In this document: positions 41,786-53,500 of the stretch, piece by piece
Position numbering within the stretch: the stretch's first letter is position 1
Layout: each line of letters begins with the position of its first letter
Assembly (NCBI GenBank): GCA_000002435.2
Contig: CM018790.1
Length of the DNA stretch: 64,000 nt
Direction: 5' to 3' (one strand)
Source: Giardia intestinalis
Taxonomy: Eukaryota
The notes under the pieces: generated by a model
The model's database searches: none
Told to the model about the DNA's origin: nothing
What the model saw: the letters and a program-made list of their open reading frames with translations, nothing else
Translations under genes and position numbers: made by a program

Positions 41786-42364
41786 TCAATCTATGGCTAT
41801 GTCGTCATTCTTTGGTGGTGGCCGGGGGCAAGTTCTAAACTCCCCGGACATAACTATATTCTTCACACGTCTCTCAAATTCTGAGCTGGGATTTTCTTCA
41901 ACAATGGCACGGATGCGTTTATTGTATGCCGTGAGGTCTTCCCTGCGAAGTTGGAAGGCCTCGTGTTGAGCTGGAGATTGAAGATTTGGCTCATCAAGGA
42001 GCACCTGCAGACCCAAAAGGATCTCCTTGATCGTGATCGAGGGCTTCCACTCATAGGACAGGATGGAAAGACAAACGCTCCCGGAGGGGTAGACATTAGG
42101 GTGGAAGAGGGTGGGGTCAAACTGCACCTTAGGCGGTGCAATTGGGTAGTCTTCCGGAAAGAACATATATACACGTAAAGTGCAACCTTCCCATATGGTA
42201 CCCTTCTTGCCCGGAACCCCACAAATCCATCGGAAAAGGTCCAGCTCGTTGGGTAAAACAGTAGTCCCCGTCTTCTTGGGCAGTGGCTTTGAGAAAAAAC
42301 CTGGCGGAAGCTCCCTTTTTATGTGTTTTCTTTCTTCGTTTAGACGTTCTATCGCTCTAGACAT
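41786..42364 (-). CDS. UBC9: SUMO-conjugating enzyme E2 (UBC9 homolog), 192 aa.
   Basis: The UBC fold has an active-site block FHPNVYPSGSVCLSIL (HPN...C). It matches the UBC9-specific N-terminus (ERLNEERKHIKRELPPGF vs RLAQERKAWRKDHPFGF), GKKGT.WEG, and ITIKEILLGLQVLLDEPNLQSPAQ (UBC9: [24 protein letters not shown]). Confidence 0.85.
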   Translation of the reverse strand: MSRAIERLNEERKHIKRELPPGFFSKPLPKKTGTTVLPNELDLFRWICGVPGKKGTIWEGCTLRVYMFFPEDYPIAPPKVQFDPTLFHPNVYPSGSVCLSILSYEWKPSITIKEILLGLQVLLDEPNLQSPAQHEAFQLRREDLTAYNKRIRAIVEENPSSEFERRVKNIVMSGEFRTCPRPPPKNDDIAID

Positions 42365-42411
42365 AAAGGAAAGGGGATAGTAATGTACAGGTGTGCTCTT
42401 TTTTAACTAGT

Positions 42412-42438
42412 ACAAGAATCACAAGAATCACAAGAATC
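42412..42438. repeat. Nonamer tandem repeat (ACAAGAATC), 3 units, inside the 100-bp divergent UBC9 / EF-hand promoter region.
   Basis: acaagaatc acaagaatc acaagaatc, read directly. Confidence 0.75.
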
Positions 42439-42464
42439 CAAACAAAAAGTCAGCTGGGTGCCCC

Positions 42465-43007
42465 ATGAACTACCTTTCTTCTAAGTATCGTGATAAGGCC
42501 ACCCCCAAAGAGATAGAAGAGCTCCGCTACCGCTTCAGTCTTCTGGACGCAGACAAGTCGGGGAGCATTACATTTGACGAGCTGGTTGCGGCCTTCTCTA
42601 CGTCTTCGTTCCGCTTCCCAATTGCGGCTGCCAAGTCCCTTATTCGATGTGTTTCTTCCAAGCCAAGCATTACGTTCGAAGGATTCGTCTACGTTGACCG
42701 CTTTGTTCTGCACTGCAACCAGGTGTTCCAGCAGTTCGATAGGGATAATAGCGGGGCATTGAGCGCCAGCGAGCTTCCAAACGCACTCAACCAAATTGGA
42801 TTTAGTGTAACGCCCCAGACAGCAGTGGCTCTCATAGGAGCGTTTGATAGTGGCAATCGCGGGGCGCTAGAATACCCTCAGTTCCTGGCTGCAGCGTCAT
42901 TGTGTTGCTTAAATTATTCAATCTTGCAGAAATTCGACCCCTCGCAGACAGGCCGCGTTACTCTCGGATACAACGAACTGTGCATTCTTAGCCTGTGGTT
43001 TGTATAA
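42465..43007 (+). CDS. Penta-EF-hand (ALG-2/sorcin-like) calcium-binding protein, 180 aa.
   Basis: EF loops DADKSGSITFDE and DRDNSGALSASE, with the F..D.D.SG.I...EL spacing typical of PEF proteins (ALG-2: FRTYDRDNSGMIDKNEL). ATG verified at 42465. Confidence 0.75.
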   Translation: MNYLSSKYRDKATPKEIEELRYRFSLLDADKSGSITFDELVAAFSTSSFRFPIAAAKSLIRCVSSKPSITFEGFVYVDRFVLHCNQVFQQFDRDNSGALSASELPNALNQIGFSVTPQTAVALIGAFDSGNRGALEYPQFLAAASLCCLNYSILQKFDPSQTGRVTLGYNELCILSLWFV

Positions 43008-43067
43008 TTCTTGGTGTCCCCTGAGTCCCTGAGAGATGCGTCGACTTCAGGTTGTCTTTGATAACTA

Positions 43068-44486
43068 TCACATTATAACGAACTTGCGGTCTTCATTGAG
43101 CATAAAGCTCTTGTGGGCACTTAGATCACGAAGTATGTCATATGTCCCTGGGCCTGGTGTTTCAGTGGAAGATGTAGCCTTAAACCGCTCCGAGGCACTA
43201 TGTAATGCAGGTATGCTTTCTGAACGACGCCTAGTAAACGAGTCCTGGACAGTATACTCTCCTGGCCCGTGGAGTGTCTTCTCTTCTCTTTTTATCTTGT
43301 CATGGTTGTAAGATATCCTGTGCTCACGTAATATTGTGTCCTGGTTTGCTGTGGCCAATCCGAATGCAGGCCTGTATTGTCCAGGGGGCGGAATACCGAC
43401 ATTCTCCTTCATGCTGCTCGGAGCGTCCTCAATGAGCTTCTCGTATGTCTCTAGCTTCTTTCTTTGTTCCTTACTTATGTTAGCCCCTATCTGGGTCTGC
43501 TCGTCAGGCTTGTCTAGTAAGTACGCCAAGCCCATGGACCCCGCGATTGTGACAGGCTTCTTTATGTAAGTTGTAGAAGAGCCGGCAATCCTGCCAGTCA
43601 AAGTTTTGCCTTTGAAGCCACGGACTACGCGCGTAGATGATCCCGGGTCTATGGTGCCTTTTGATTTCGAGGTACTGGCCGGCAACGGGGCAGAAGCCGC
43701 TGATGTACGCTTGTTCCGGATGTGTGCATAAGTTGGAGACTCAGCAAGGTCAGCGTTGATCTCGTTCTGAATGAACTCACGAGAACTAGGGAGGTCAATG
43801 TTAAAGTGCTGGGCTATTTCCTTCAGATATGCTCGATACTGGACGTGTGGGGAAATGAGGTTGGATGCACGCTTCTCAAGCTCCTTGTCTCGGTTCTCTG
43901 GATTGAAGCGTTCCTCTGCCGTCAGAGCATTCTCCTGCAGACGCTCTGGAAGAGGGTTATAGAGAGGATCGTTCTCTATAACATACTGTGAAACGGATTT
44001 ATTCTGCTTACGTGCCGCGTCCTTAAGCCTTTTATATTCGGAAGGAATGGTACCCTCTGGACGACACGTGTTTGTGTAAATAATGTTGTAAGATTGGAGG
44101 CCTGTGGTCACAGCCCCATATGCTTGCGTATTATATTGGCCCGGCGCAGGGGTCTCCTCGACAGCTTGATTACCAAAAGGGTGGTCACGCCCAACAGCCA
44201 GAAAGCTTGCAGAGGGGTGTCTAGGGTCGGCTTTAATGGACGGGTAGAAGAGGGGCTCCGCATTAGGGTTATAGTGTGAAGGCCCCGGCATGCCCCAGTG
44301 AGCATGTCTAAGTGGAAATCGCTTTGTTGTGCTTGCGAAGCTTGCAGAGCCCTTTTTGGAAGTAGATAAAGCCTGCTTGTGGTTTACGGGTGCTGCCGAG
44401 CTATAATAGTATCCAGGGCCTGGCGAGGCGGTTCCATCGTTAGTTCGTCCTGCAGCAAACGGATTCTGCGAAACTTTACCCTGCAT
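43068..44486 (-). CDS. Sperm-tail PG-rich repeat (STPGR, SHIPPO/ODF3-like) protein; likely an axoneme/flagellum-associated protein.
   Basis: Repeated PGPGxY-type units: SPGPGYYYS, MPGPSHYNP, APGQYNTQ, PPPGQYRP, HGPGEYTV, TPGPGTYD. First ATG is at 44484-44486 (MQGKVSQNPF...); the track start is 38 codons upstream. Confidence 0.65.
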   Translation of the reverse strand: MQGKVSQNPFAAGRTNDGTASPGPGYYYSSAAPVNHKQALSTSKKGSASFASTTKRFPLRHAHWGMPGPSHYNPNAEPLFYPSIKADPRHPSASFLAVGRDHPFGNQAVEETPAPGQYNTQAYGAVTTGLQSYNIIYTNTCRPEGTIPSEYKRLKDAARKQNKSVSQYVIENDPLYNPLPERLQENALTAEERFNPENRDKELEKRASNLISPHVQYRAYLKEIAQHFNIDLPSSREFIQNEINADLAESPTYAHIRNKRTSAASAPLPASTSKSKGTIDPGSSTRVVRGFKGKTLTGRIAGSSTTYIKKPVTIAGSMGLAYLLDKPDEQTQIGANISKEQRKKLETYEKLIEDAPSSMKENVGIPPPGQYRPAFGLATANQDTILREHRISYNHDKIKREEKTLHGPGEYTVQDSFTRRRSESIPALHSASERFKATSSTETPGPGTYDILRDLSAHKSFMLNEDRKFVIM

Positions 44487-44549
44487 GGCTGTAAATCGCA
44501 GCTCTCGCCGGCAAAAAATAAAATCTGGAAAACAACAAGCAAAGTGATT

Positions 44550-47500
44550 ATGGATAGAGAAGTGCACCAAACCTTTTATGATGGATATGAAAATGGACAT
44601 AAGGTATATTACTCATTGCGTTCACTAGAGGAAATAGAGCAGGACGAGGCCTTGAACGACGCGCGGGATGAAACCATGTTATCCATAGATTCTCATTTTA
44701 GAAACCTCTCTGACGAGGCTTTGGCTGTTCTTGAGGCCATCTTTGTTAGTGACGTCCCCATAGGTGAGTTTCTTTCATTCCACCGACCCCAAGTGGCAAA
44801 GATGAACCAACAAAGCGACCCAACGATCAGTCATATAGCTAGCAACTTAACAAAGGAAGCTATCAGTAGCGTAAAAACATATCGCAGAAAGTATGTTAAT
44901 CCGAGCTCTGTTCAAATCCCGCGATCACGGACTATTACGCGCATACTATCACAAGGACAGAACAATTATCAGGCAGTAGAGAGAACATCACCCACGGATA
45001 AGGAAGATAGAAGCCTGTCCTATTCGAACTTTGTCAATACTATGAAGATTGCTATGAACCTTTCCCCACACGTTTCTACGGAAATATTTAATCTTCTATG
45101 CAAGGGTACACCAAACAAAACCCACTACCTTTACGATGATCTTATCTCCTCCTTCTCAGATATTCGGAGTCCTTTGCGAACGGATTTTCCTCTGGATGCG
45201 GCATGTGCCATTTACGCACAGTGCACCATCCATTGGCTAGACCTTCTCAACTATCTGAATGCGCGTGCAGGGTCTATCTCTGAACAACAGCTAGGGATTC
45301 GGCTCGAGCCTGTGCCCACCCCGGACTCTTTCTGCCACAGGTTAACAATAGACACCTGTCTCTATGTTGAAGGGCTCGATATCTACATGACTTGTTCTCG
45401 CGATAACTTAGCTCAGTTTTGGCTGCCACCACACCTGAACCTGTCTTTGGGCCAGATGAAGCATTTAGAGTATATCTTAAAATTAGATGAGATTGCGACT
45501 CATCACTTCGGATTGAATCGAGATTTTTTTGAGAAGCTTTTGTATGACCTCACAGAGCTGAGCGATCCCGCTGGAAAAGCGTCTGCAGACGGACAGGACG
45601 CCAAGGGTGACCACCAAAGAGGTCACATTCTGACGGCAAAGCATAGAGCTGATTTCTCTAGTGATGGGCGAACAAAGCGGGCTATCGATACAATTTTAAA
45701 TCTCACAAAATTCCTTGATAGAATGTCTCTTTATGACCTTCATGCAGAAGATATTTCGTGGCTCATAAAGTTGAGCAACACAGATAATTCAATCAGCTCT
45801 TATCTAAAGGCGTCTGATGCCGACATACAATCAATAGGAGGCACAGAAGCACAAGAGCTAACCCATAATAAGGTGGACTTTTCCTTGATTAGGTCACTAA
45901 CCAATCCGGACACTGATAAAACTGTTCTTCCATTAAAGGACAATACCAACTTACCAAGGCTGATTGTGGAGGACAAAGAGTCGCGGCCAGAAGCCTACAA
46001 GGATAGCTTCACATATTCACTAGTCACAGCTATAAGGGAGACAGATAATGCTCTTGTTTCACTCAGGCCACGCGGGACTAAGATCAAGAGAACCCTGAAA
46101 CCAGAGGTGCTGGCGCACTATGGACCAAAATTCGTTCAAGACCTCATCGAGGAAGAGGAGCAGGACCGTCAGAAGGAGCTCGAACTGCAGAAAAATATCG
46201 AGCAAGCCAGGACAAAGTACTCCAATAAGACACTACTTATTGGCAACTCTAGAGTTATTAAAAGGATCAAGGAAGAATTTGGGCTTAGTGGGGCCAGCGC
46301 AGCCAATGAAGACGCCGCTGATGTACCTGGAGCAAATCTAGGGACAGATCCTTTAGCTTCTGGCCGGACACATCAGCGGGTCCACAAGGACTGGGCAGAC
46401 TCTGTAGTCACAAGCGAACCACCATACGAGACAGCAGATATGAGCATTCCTGACTATCGTGATGGATTCGGTGGGAGCAAGTATGTTGGCCGCACTATCA
46501 GTGGCACGGCCAGAGCGGTAAGCGGTACAGGATCCTCTCAACAAGGAAGAGCATTCTCGGCTCTCCAGCGGCCGAGCTCAAATAGAGCAATGCATTCAAG
46601 CATGTATATTGCCCAGCATCTCTCAAATTCAGCGGTATTGGGGGACTCATCCAGAAAGCAGCAGCGGGATGTCAGTGCCCGACCCAATCAGAGGCTACCA
46701 CGACTTAATGATACAGACGAAGATCAGCAATATCTAAATGCTACTTCTTCCAAAGAGGGAACGCTTGCCGCACGGATGAAGATGCTTTCCCGCCCGGCAT
46801 CTCTCTCAGCTCAAGCCCCACCACCCCCCAGTAAGCAGAATACCTCATCTTATCAACGTACGCGATTTAATAAGCACGAGTTTGATAACGAAGCTCACGC
46901 GGTGGAGCATCCACTGTCTAAGCTGAAGGCACAGTACCTACAGGCCTCGCAAGGAGACACAAAGGCTGAGCAAAATCTTGAGCGGACCAGGCAAATAGTC
47001 AAATTGTCAGATGCCGCCATTCTTCGGCAGGTTCGAGCATCAACAAACATCGCAGTTACAGAGTATGTCAATCCTCTTTATGAGCGATTAGAGCGACACA
47101 AAGTCATGGCTGAGATGGAGAAGTCTACCAAGTCAAATGTCGTCAGGGACGTTCAGGCTACTAACCCTGCTTATGTCGCATCTTGGGCGAGTGCTGCTGT
47201 GTACGATAAAGACAACGACTGTCTTGTTATTTCCTGTGAGGGAGGGTGTGTTCGGCTCTACCGTATCAGCAAAGACTTTGACCTGATCAAGAAGGTACAG
47301 GTAGCCGACACGTCTCTCAATACACTCTGCTCTGTGTCCAGAACAGTGTCGATGCTTTCTATAAACGAATACGCGGACACGCTGAAAATGCTGTTTATTC
47401 AACTGCCTACTAACACAGCCAACGACTTATTAGACAAGTTCAATCTACAGCCCATCAAGGCAAGACTCTGGTCTGCCATTACGAACGATCACTACATTTA

Positions 47501-50500
47501 TACTAGCGAAGGATTCGGTATTTATGACGACTATCTATTCAATAATACATTCACCATAGATCTAGGGCATAAGTCACTTGATCTAAGTGCGTTAAATATT
47601 GATTCCTCACCTGCGATATTCCGATCAACAGACGAGCGAGAGATCAAGCAGCACTACATTAACGGGTTAGACTTCGCCATTTCTCTGACCATTCCAGGGT
47701 ATCTTTCTCCAAGTATTGCACCTCGTAACGGCGAACGCCCGTGCAAGTCAAAGCTATTTGTGTCCACAACCTCGAACGCCATATACTTTCAGCTGGGGAA
47801 GGAGGACATCCTCAAGCCAGCTGCCGTCGTGACAAACTACTTGGGCGATCCCTTCCTTATTGGTACTACCAACAAGGCTGATGCAATTCTACTGGGTGGC
47901 GAAAGAAACAAGTTCGAGGCTCTTCTGCCAGATGGGCCGCCAACCATAAATTACAGGACACTGAATGAGTATACTAACTTTGGACCGAATACGCGGAGAG
48001 TTTTCCACAGCATTAGTGTTTACAATTTCTACGTACTATATAATTTAGAGTTATTATTTAACTACGTCCATGTCAAGATAGGGGAGATTGCAAAGGTCTG
48101 CCAAACGAATAATAAGGATCTCATAAAAGCATTTTTCAAGAGAGATCTCAGTATAAAGGTAAGGGGCGAAGAGGGCTATTTAGACTTTGCCTCAACGAAG
48201 AGGCAGCTCAACAAGCAATCAGCAGCCCGTAATTTTTCAGAAGATGTCGGTAATGCAGAGGGCACAACAATAGATGACATTGTGCAAGGAATAGTGGAGC
48301 AGATAATCTCCTCCATCGAACCTATTGGTTCTGACTCTGCAATCTCCCCTATCTGGAAGGGAGCCGTCAAGGGAATCGCAAGCTTCATGAACAGCAAGAA
48401 GAGCTTATGGATTACATGCAACCAGCGGTGGCACAGTACTCATGATAATGCAGATGTTTTAGTAACAGGGCTGAGTAACGGAGATGTTGTCCTCTGGAAC
48501 CTTGTGACGCTGCGTCCACGCATCATACTGCATGCATTTCATGGCTTTGACGTCACAGCGCTGGCTTTTGACCCAGACAGCAACATACTGTTCTGCTCAT
48601 CTGTCACCGGTCTCATCAGAATATATAATTACGATGTTACCCCGATACCGATTGCTGAGTTTAAGGAGTCTGCTTCTGTCTTAAAACTCTTTTATTCCCA
48701 GTCATCAGATCTTATTATTATTGTTCTGGTGAACGGTGCTGTGTCCCTTTGGAGCAACCGGCTTTATCAGCAGATCAGTCGAATAAGCACTCATATGACC
48801 CCAACTACCGCCGAATGGGATGAGCGGAACTCTCTTCTCCTAGTGTGCAGCAGAGAAATCAAGGTATTTCAGCTTATTGGTGCCGAGGTGAACCAGGAGG
48901 CAAAGCGCGTCGAGAGAACTCGAGAGGATAAACTGCGACGCCATAGACAACGAGAGGAAGAGAAGCAGACTCAGTCGCTTTATAGCGCACTTGAGGACCC
49001 GAAAGACTCACTGAAAAAAGAGGTTGCTGCAGAAGACCCACTAGACCACGCTGAGGTAGTGTGCAATATGGGGCCTCATAAGAGCGAAGTTCAGCTTGGA
49101 CAGAAGAGCAGTGCAGTCGTTAATCTGCCCATGGGAAGTCTTGGCTTGCCCAAGTCGACAACTGGCTATCAGTTAGTTCCCGTTACAGCGCTTGACGATG
49201 TTCCTAACCTGATTAACAATCCAATATATACCTCTCAAAATCCCAGTACTAAACTTGTACAGAGCAACACCGACTCAACTTCCCTGAACACATCTTTTCA
49301 ATCAACTGGCCAATTTAGTTTCGATTCAGCCAGTAGGAACGTATCTGTTAACCCTACCCTACAATCTACCAACCCCTCTAACATTCAAACAGCTCAAGAG
49401 AATACTATATCACCAAACTACATATCAACTATTGTACCCGATTTACCCGATGTAGCTCTCTCATCTGCAGCTCCCCTCAGACTCACTAATATGCCACTTC
49501 AGACTACACTGGTCCGCCGCGAATATCCAGTTTCAACTCTTGCATATAAGCGAGAGGGAGGCGATAGACCGGACAATCATATTGACATAGCGATGATTCG
49601 ACAGGTGGGACTTGATGGCCGAATAGAGCCCAGCAAGTACAATGTGCATGATCCATGCAACGCAATAAAACCAGTTGATTTAGATCGTGATCTCCTTCGT
49701 GCTCACTGGGCCAATATCGTATCCATCATCGATGTGAGCTATTACACCACTCTGAGCTTTAATGAAGTTGAGCTTTTGACGCTGGATCTGTTTAAGGGGC
49801 TAGATGACAATCTAATTACGTTTCAATCTGCATGTGCATTTGGACCAAAAGGAACATTCACTGGACTTAGCAACATAACTATGGCGCCAAAGCCAGGAGT
49901 CACTGCATTTGCATTTAACATGGGAGAAGATAGAAACAGCCCGGCCTATCACAGACTGTCTAAATTGGCATCTTCAGCTACAATAGCCTCCGTCCAACCA
50001 GCAGTTCACGGTGATAATCCTGACGAAACAAATAGCAATGACTTCACCCACTCCCCCACCGCAACAGCACAAGACCCAGAAGTTAGCAATGCACCTACAG
50101 AGGCGGATGACCAGCCAGGCAGAAGGCTCCCGCTGGGCCTTGGTGAGGATCGCGAGACATTCACTACTATGCCTCGCCGCACTTACACCGTATCTAGCGC
50201 TGCGCGTAATAGGGGGTACAATTTTGCTTTGGCTAGAGTCTTTAATAGCGTTGTTCAGGATATAATGATGGGTGTTTCTCGTAATGTAGGCGCACCACCC
50301 ACCAAACCACGGCGGCCACCATCCTTCTACAATCCTCCGTCTGAGGTTTTTATCCCTCAAGTTGCGCAGAAAGCCCTTGAAAAGGACTACACGCCAGGAG
50401 ATATGCGCACATCTTATTCAACATATGAGCCAAAGACAGATAACAAGTATCAGTTATTGCCTGAAGAGTTCCTCGTTCATATGAAGCTATTTGCACGTCC

Positions 50501-53500
50501 GTATCGCAGTATGGCCTATCGTCCGACACCTAACAGCACAAGCTACATGACCAAAACAAATTCTCAACTGAGAAAGGAGCTTTATAACGAGTTACACAGG
50601 CGGAAATCTTTGGTTCGAATCAAATTTGTACGGATCGTCAATGACATATATTTTAGCAATCTGGATTTCAAGACTTATGAGGCACGAGTTAATTTGGAGT
50701 CCCAAGCGCTTCGAGACGAGTCAAACGGGCCCAAGCATTCAAAGGATACAAGTGTAGAATTAGAAGCCGAGAAGTTGTTCCGCTCTCTAGTCTATAAAGT
50801 AGACCATTCCAAAAGGCTTCAAGACAAAACGTCCTCACTCAGAAGCTCCAAATTTCATCCCCACTTTAGTGGGAGAATAGTGTCCAAGGGGTTGTATGGA
50901 AATAATAAGTTTTCCCTGCTTCGTAAAAGCTCTGTGGATGGCATGCCGGATCTTTCTGCAGCAAATACTAAAACAGTAATTACCTACAGAATAGGGGGTG
51001 GTTCAGAGGGCGGCAGCCCAATTAACTCCCTTATCAATGAGATGGCACTCCCTGTACAACCACCTTCTGCACAAGGTATCTTCAGGCGCAAAGTACCAAT
51101 AACAGCAGCTGACACAAGGAACTTAATAACCTTTTCTGCGAGTGACCTTGGGAGCATCGTTGAACGAACCCATTTGGAGCGGGAGCAGAGCATTGAGACG
51201 CTAATCGCACGCAACAAAGCGCTAGCAATTGAAGAGGAGGATGAGCACGCGGGGACATCTACCTCTGAGACAGATAAGACAGAAAGCATTCTTGCTGACG
51301 TTCCCATAAGTGTGAGGGATTCGTCACAGTCAACCCAAAGCAAGAAGAAGCCTCGGAGTACAGTGCCAAACACAAATGTGAGTATAACAAGCGGCCATGA
51401 CCTGACGGTGGATGAACGTGATTCCACCATTCACACCATGCACACAACAATTTTGACTGGGGAAGACCGTGACTTGACTACAATGGTTCCAGAAGATGAT
51501 AGGCATGACAGTCCAAGCTCTCGCATGTCAAGTAGCGACGAAGAAGGTGACCTATACCAGGACGACTTCGAATTCAATTTGTTCCAGGGTTTGAATGAAG
51601 AGGTAGAGAAGAACACGCTACAAATAGAGAAAGAGCTCAATGAAAAGATTGCCGAACAGCGCATGTCTGCAGGAAAACAAGCGTCGAAAAGAAAGCTCCA
51701 GTTGGAGGCAGAAGCTACTCCCATAACCATCCCCTTCAAACCTATGAAGCCTGCATATACCCGATTAGCTGCTCGTCAAGCCATGCACATGCGGAAGAAG
51801 ATAGGTGGAAGAACGAGTAACATAACAGGGATAGATATAGTGAGTCAAATAGCCCCTAACGTCGTTAAGAAGCTTGACTTTCTACGAGATATACTTGATA
51901 CCGAACTGATGCCGGTGCCAACATCTACTCTAGAAGGTGAGCCGCCTAAACCAGTTGTCGCTCGCAGGAAAGAAAATATCCTTTATGAGACCTCCATTTC
52001 TGTGACTGCAAGTACGAAAGAGGAAGCAGAAAACTTTATACTTAAGACAGAGCAAGAGCGGGCTGCACGCTACAAAACAAAACTCTATACAATAGACAGC
52101 AACGGAAACATCTCCCTCTGGCTTTTAGAGCAACAGTTCGAGCGGGTATATGATTCCAGCAAATATGATGTACAAAGTCTGAAGGATGACAGCGATGAAG
52201 AGAGCTCTGGCGATATCTTGCCGGGACAACCAAGCCTGTCCTCGGTGCAGAAGAGGCCTAGTTCTGTGTCAGCTGGTGCACTTCATGGCCACACAAACTC
52301 TCGACTCAAAAGGATTGCCGCACTTACTATTGATACTACTTCTAGTCCACACTCTGAGCAAGCACAGGCTAGAGCATCCAGCGCTGCTAACGTAACCACT
52401 CGACACACAGGCCAGTCCAAATTGGTGAAGGGCCTAACTAAAGAGGCCGATGTGTCTATATTCAAGCGTAAGGACAAGATCGTGGAGAAGCCAACCTTTA
52501 TCACCACATACAAGGTAGAGTTGCCAAATAATGTGCAAATAACATCTGCAAGCTTTGACCACGCACAGTCTATCATTCTCTGTGGGCTGTCGAACGGAAA
52601 TGCTCTTGTCTATAGCATAGATTTAACAGAGGTCATCAGCTCTTACAATGTTAGTAATTGTGCAAAAGCTGCTGTCAACTTCTATCACTCATGCTCGCCT
52701 AGTACAAACAAAGACCAAGTATGGCGTAAAGAGTTATTGGATTTCGGATCAGTCCTCACCACCGGGTACTTCCAGACAAAGTTCACGGAGGGATATTTAC
52801 GTGACTACATCTTCACGTCTGGCCGCTTAGCCCTGTGCTATTGTGAGAGCAACACAGAAAAGCTCAGTAGGAAGTTTGTTAACGAGAAGCTCAACGAATA
52901 CATGATCAGCCAAGATATGGAAGGGTTGAATTGTCCGCCCAGAGCAATCCTAACGGGTCACACAGGAGGTGTCATTTGTATTGCAAATTCAAGGAATTAT
53001 TCATACTTGATTACTGCAGATGACGAGGGTCTCTTAATATATTGGCAGTCGATAGGGGTGGCTAAGGCGAAGCTCTACTTCTCTGACCAGCGTATTCTTT
53101 CTGTTGTTTTTGCAGAAGAGGAGATAGTGCCTGGAGCGGCATTTTTGGCGCTGAGCGATGGATCTATCTGGATAATCACCCCCAACTGCCGCTATAGAAT
53201 ATTCACAATCGGTCTTCCTGTCGAAAACATCGGTCACAACACAATCAAACTTGCGACGACTGTTGTCCAAGTTAGAGAGCTGGAGGACTCAACGCCTGTG
53301 CGGCAGATGCTACTGGCCATTTGCATCAACAACGTTATCCTTGTGTACCGCATCTATGCCAATCTGAAGCTTGTAGAGGTACTCCGACCAGATGGTACTC
53401 CGAGCGCCGTTCCAAGCGAAAATGCAACAGCTTTAGCAAATGACCTTAACCGGAGAGGATCTATCGGCAATTTATCGGCGAGAAAAGATAGCCCTCCCAT

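Noticed and set aside
41712-41969. ORF 41712-41969 encoding a (GQ)n peptide (MTLEIKPGQGQGRGQGQGQGQ...).
   Set aside because: It is a translation of the (GGCCAA)7 microsatellite and the antisense strand of UBC9. Artefact.
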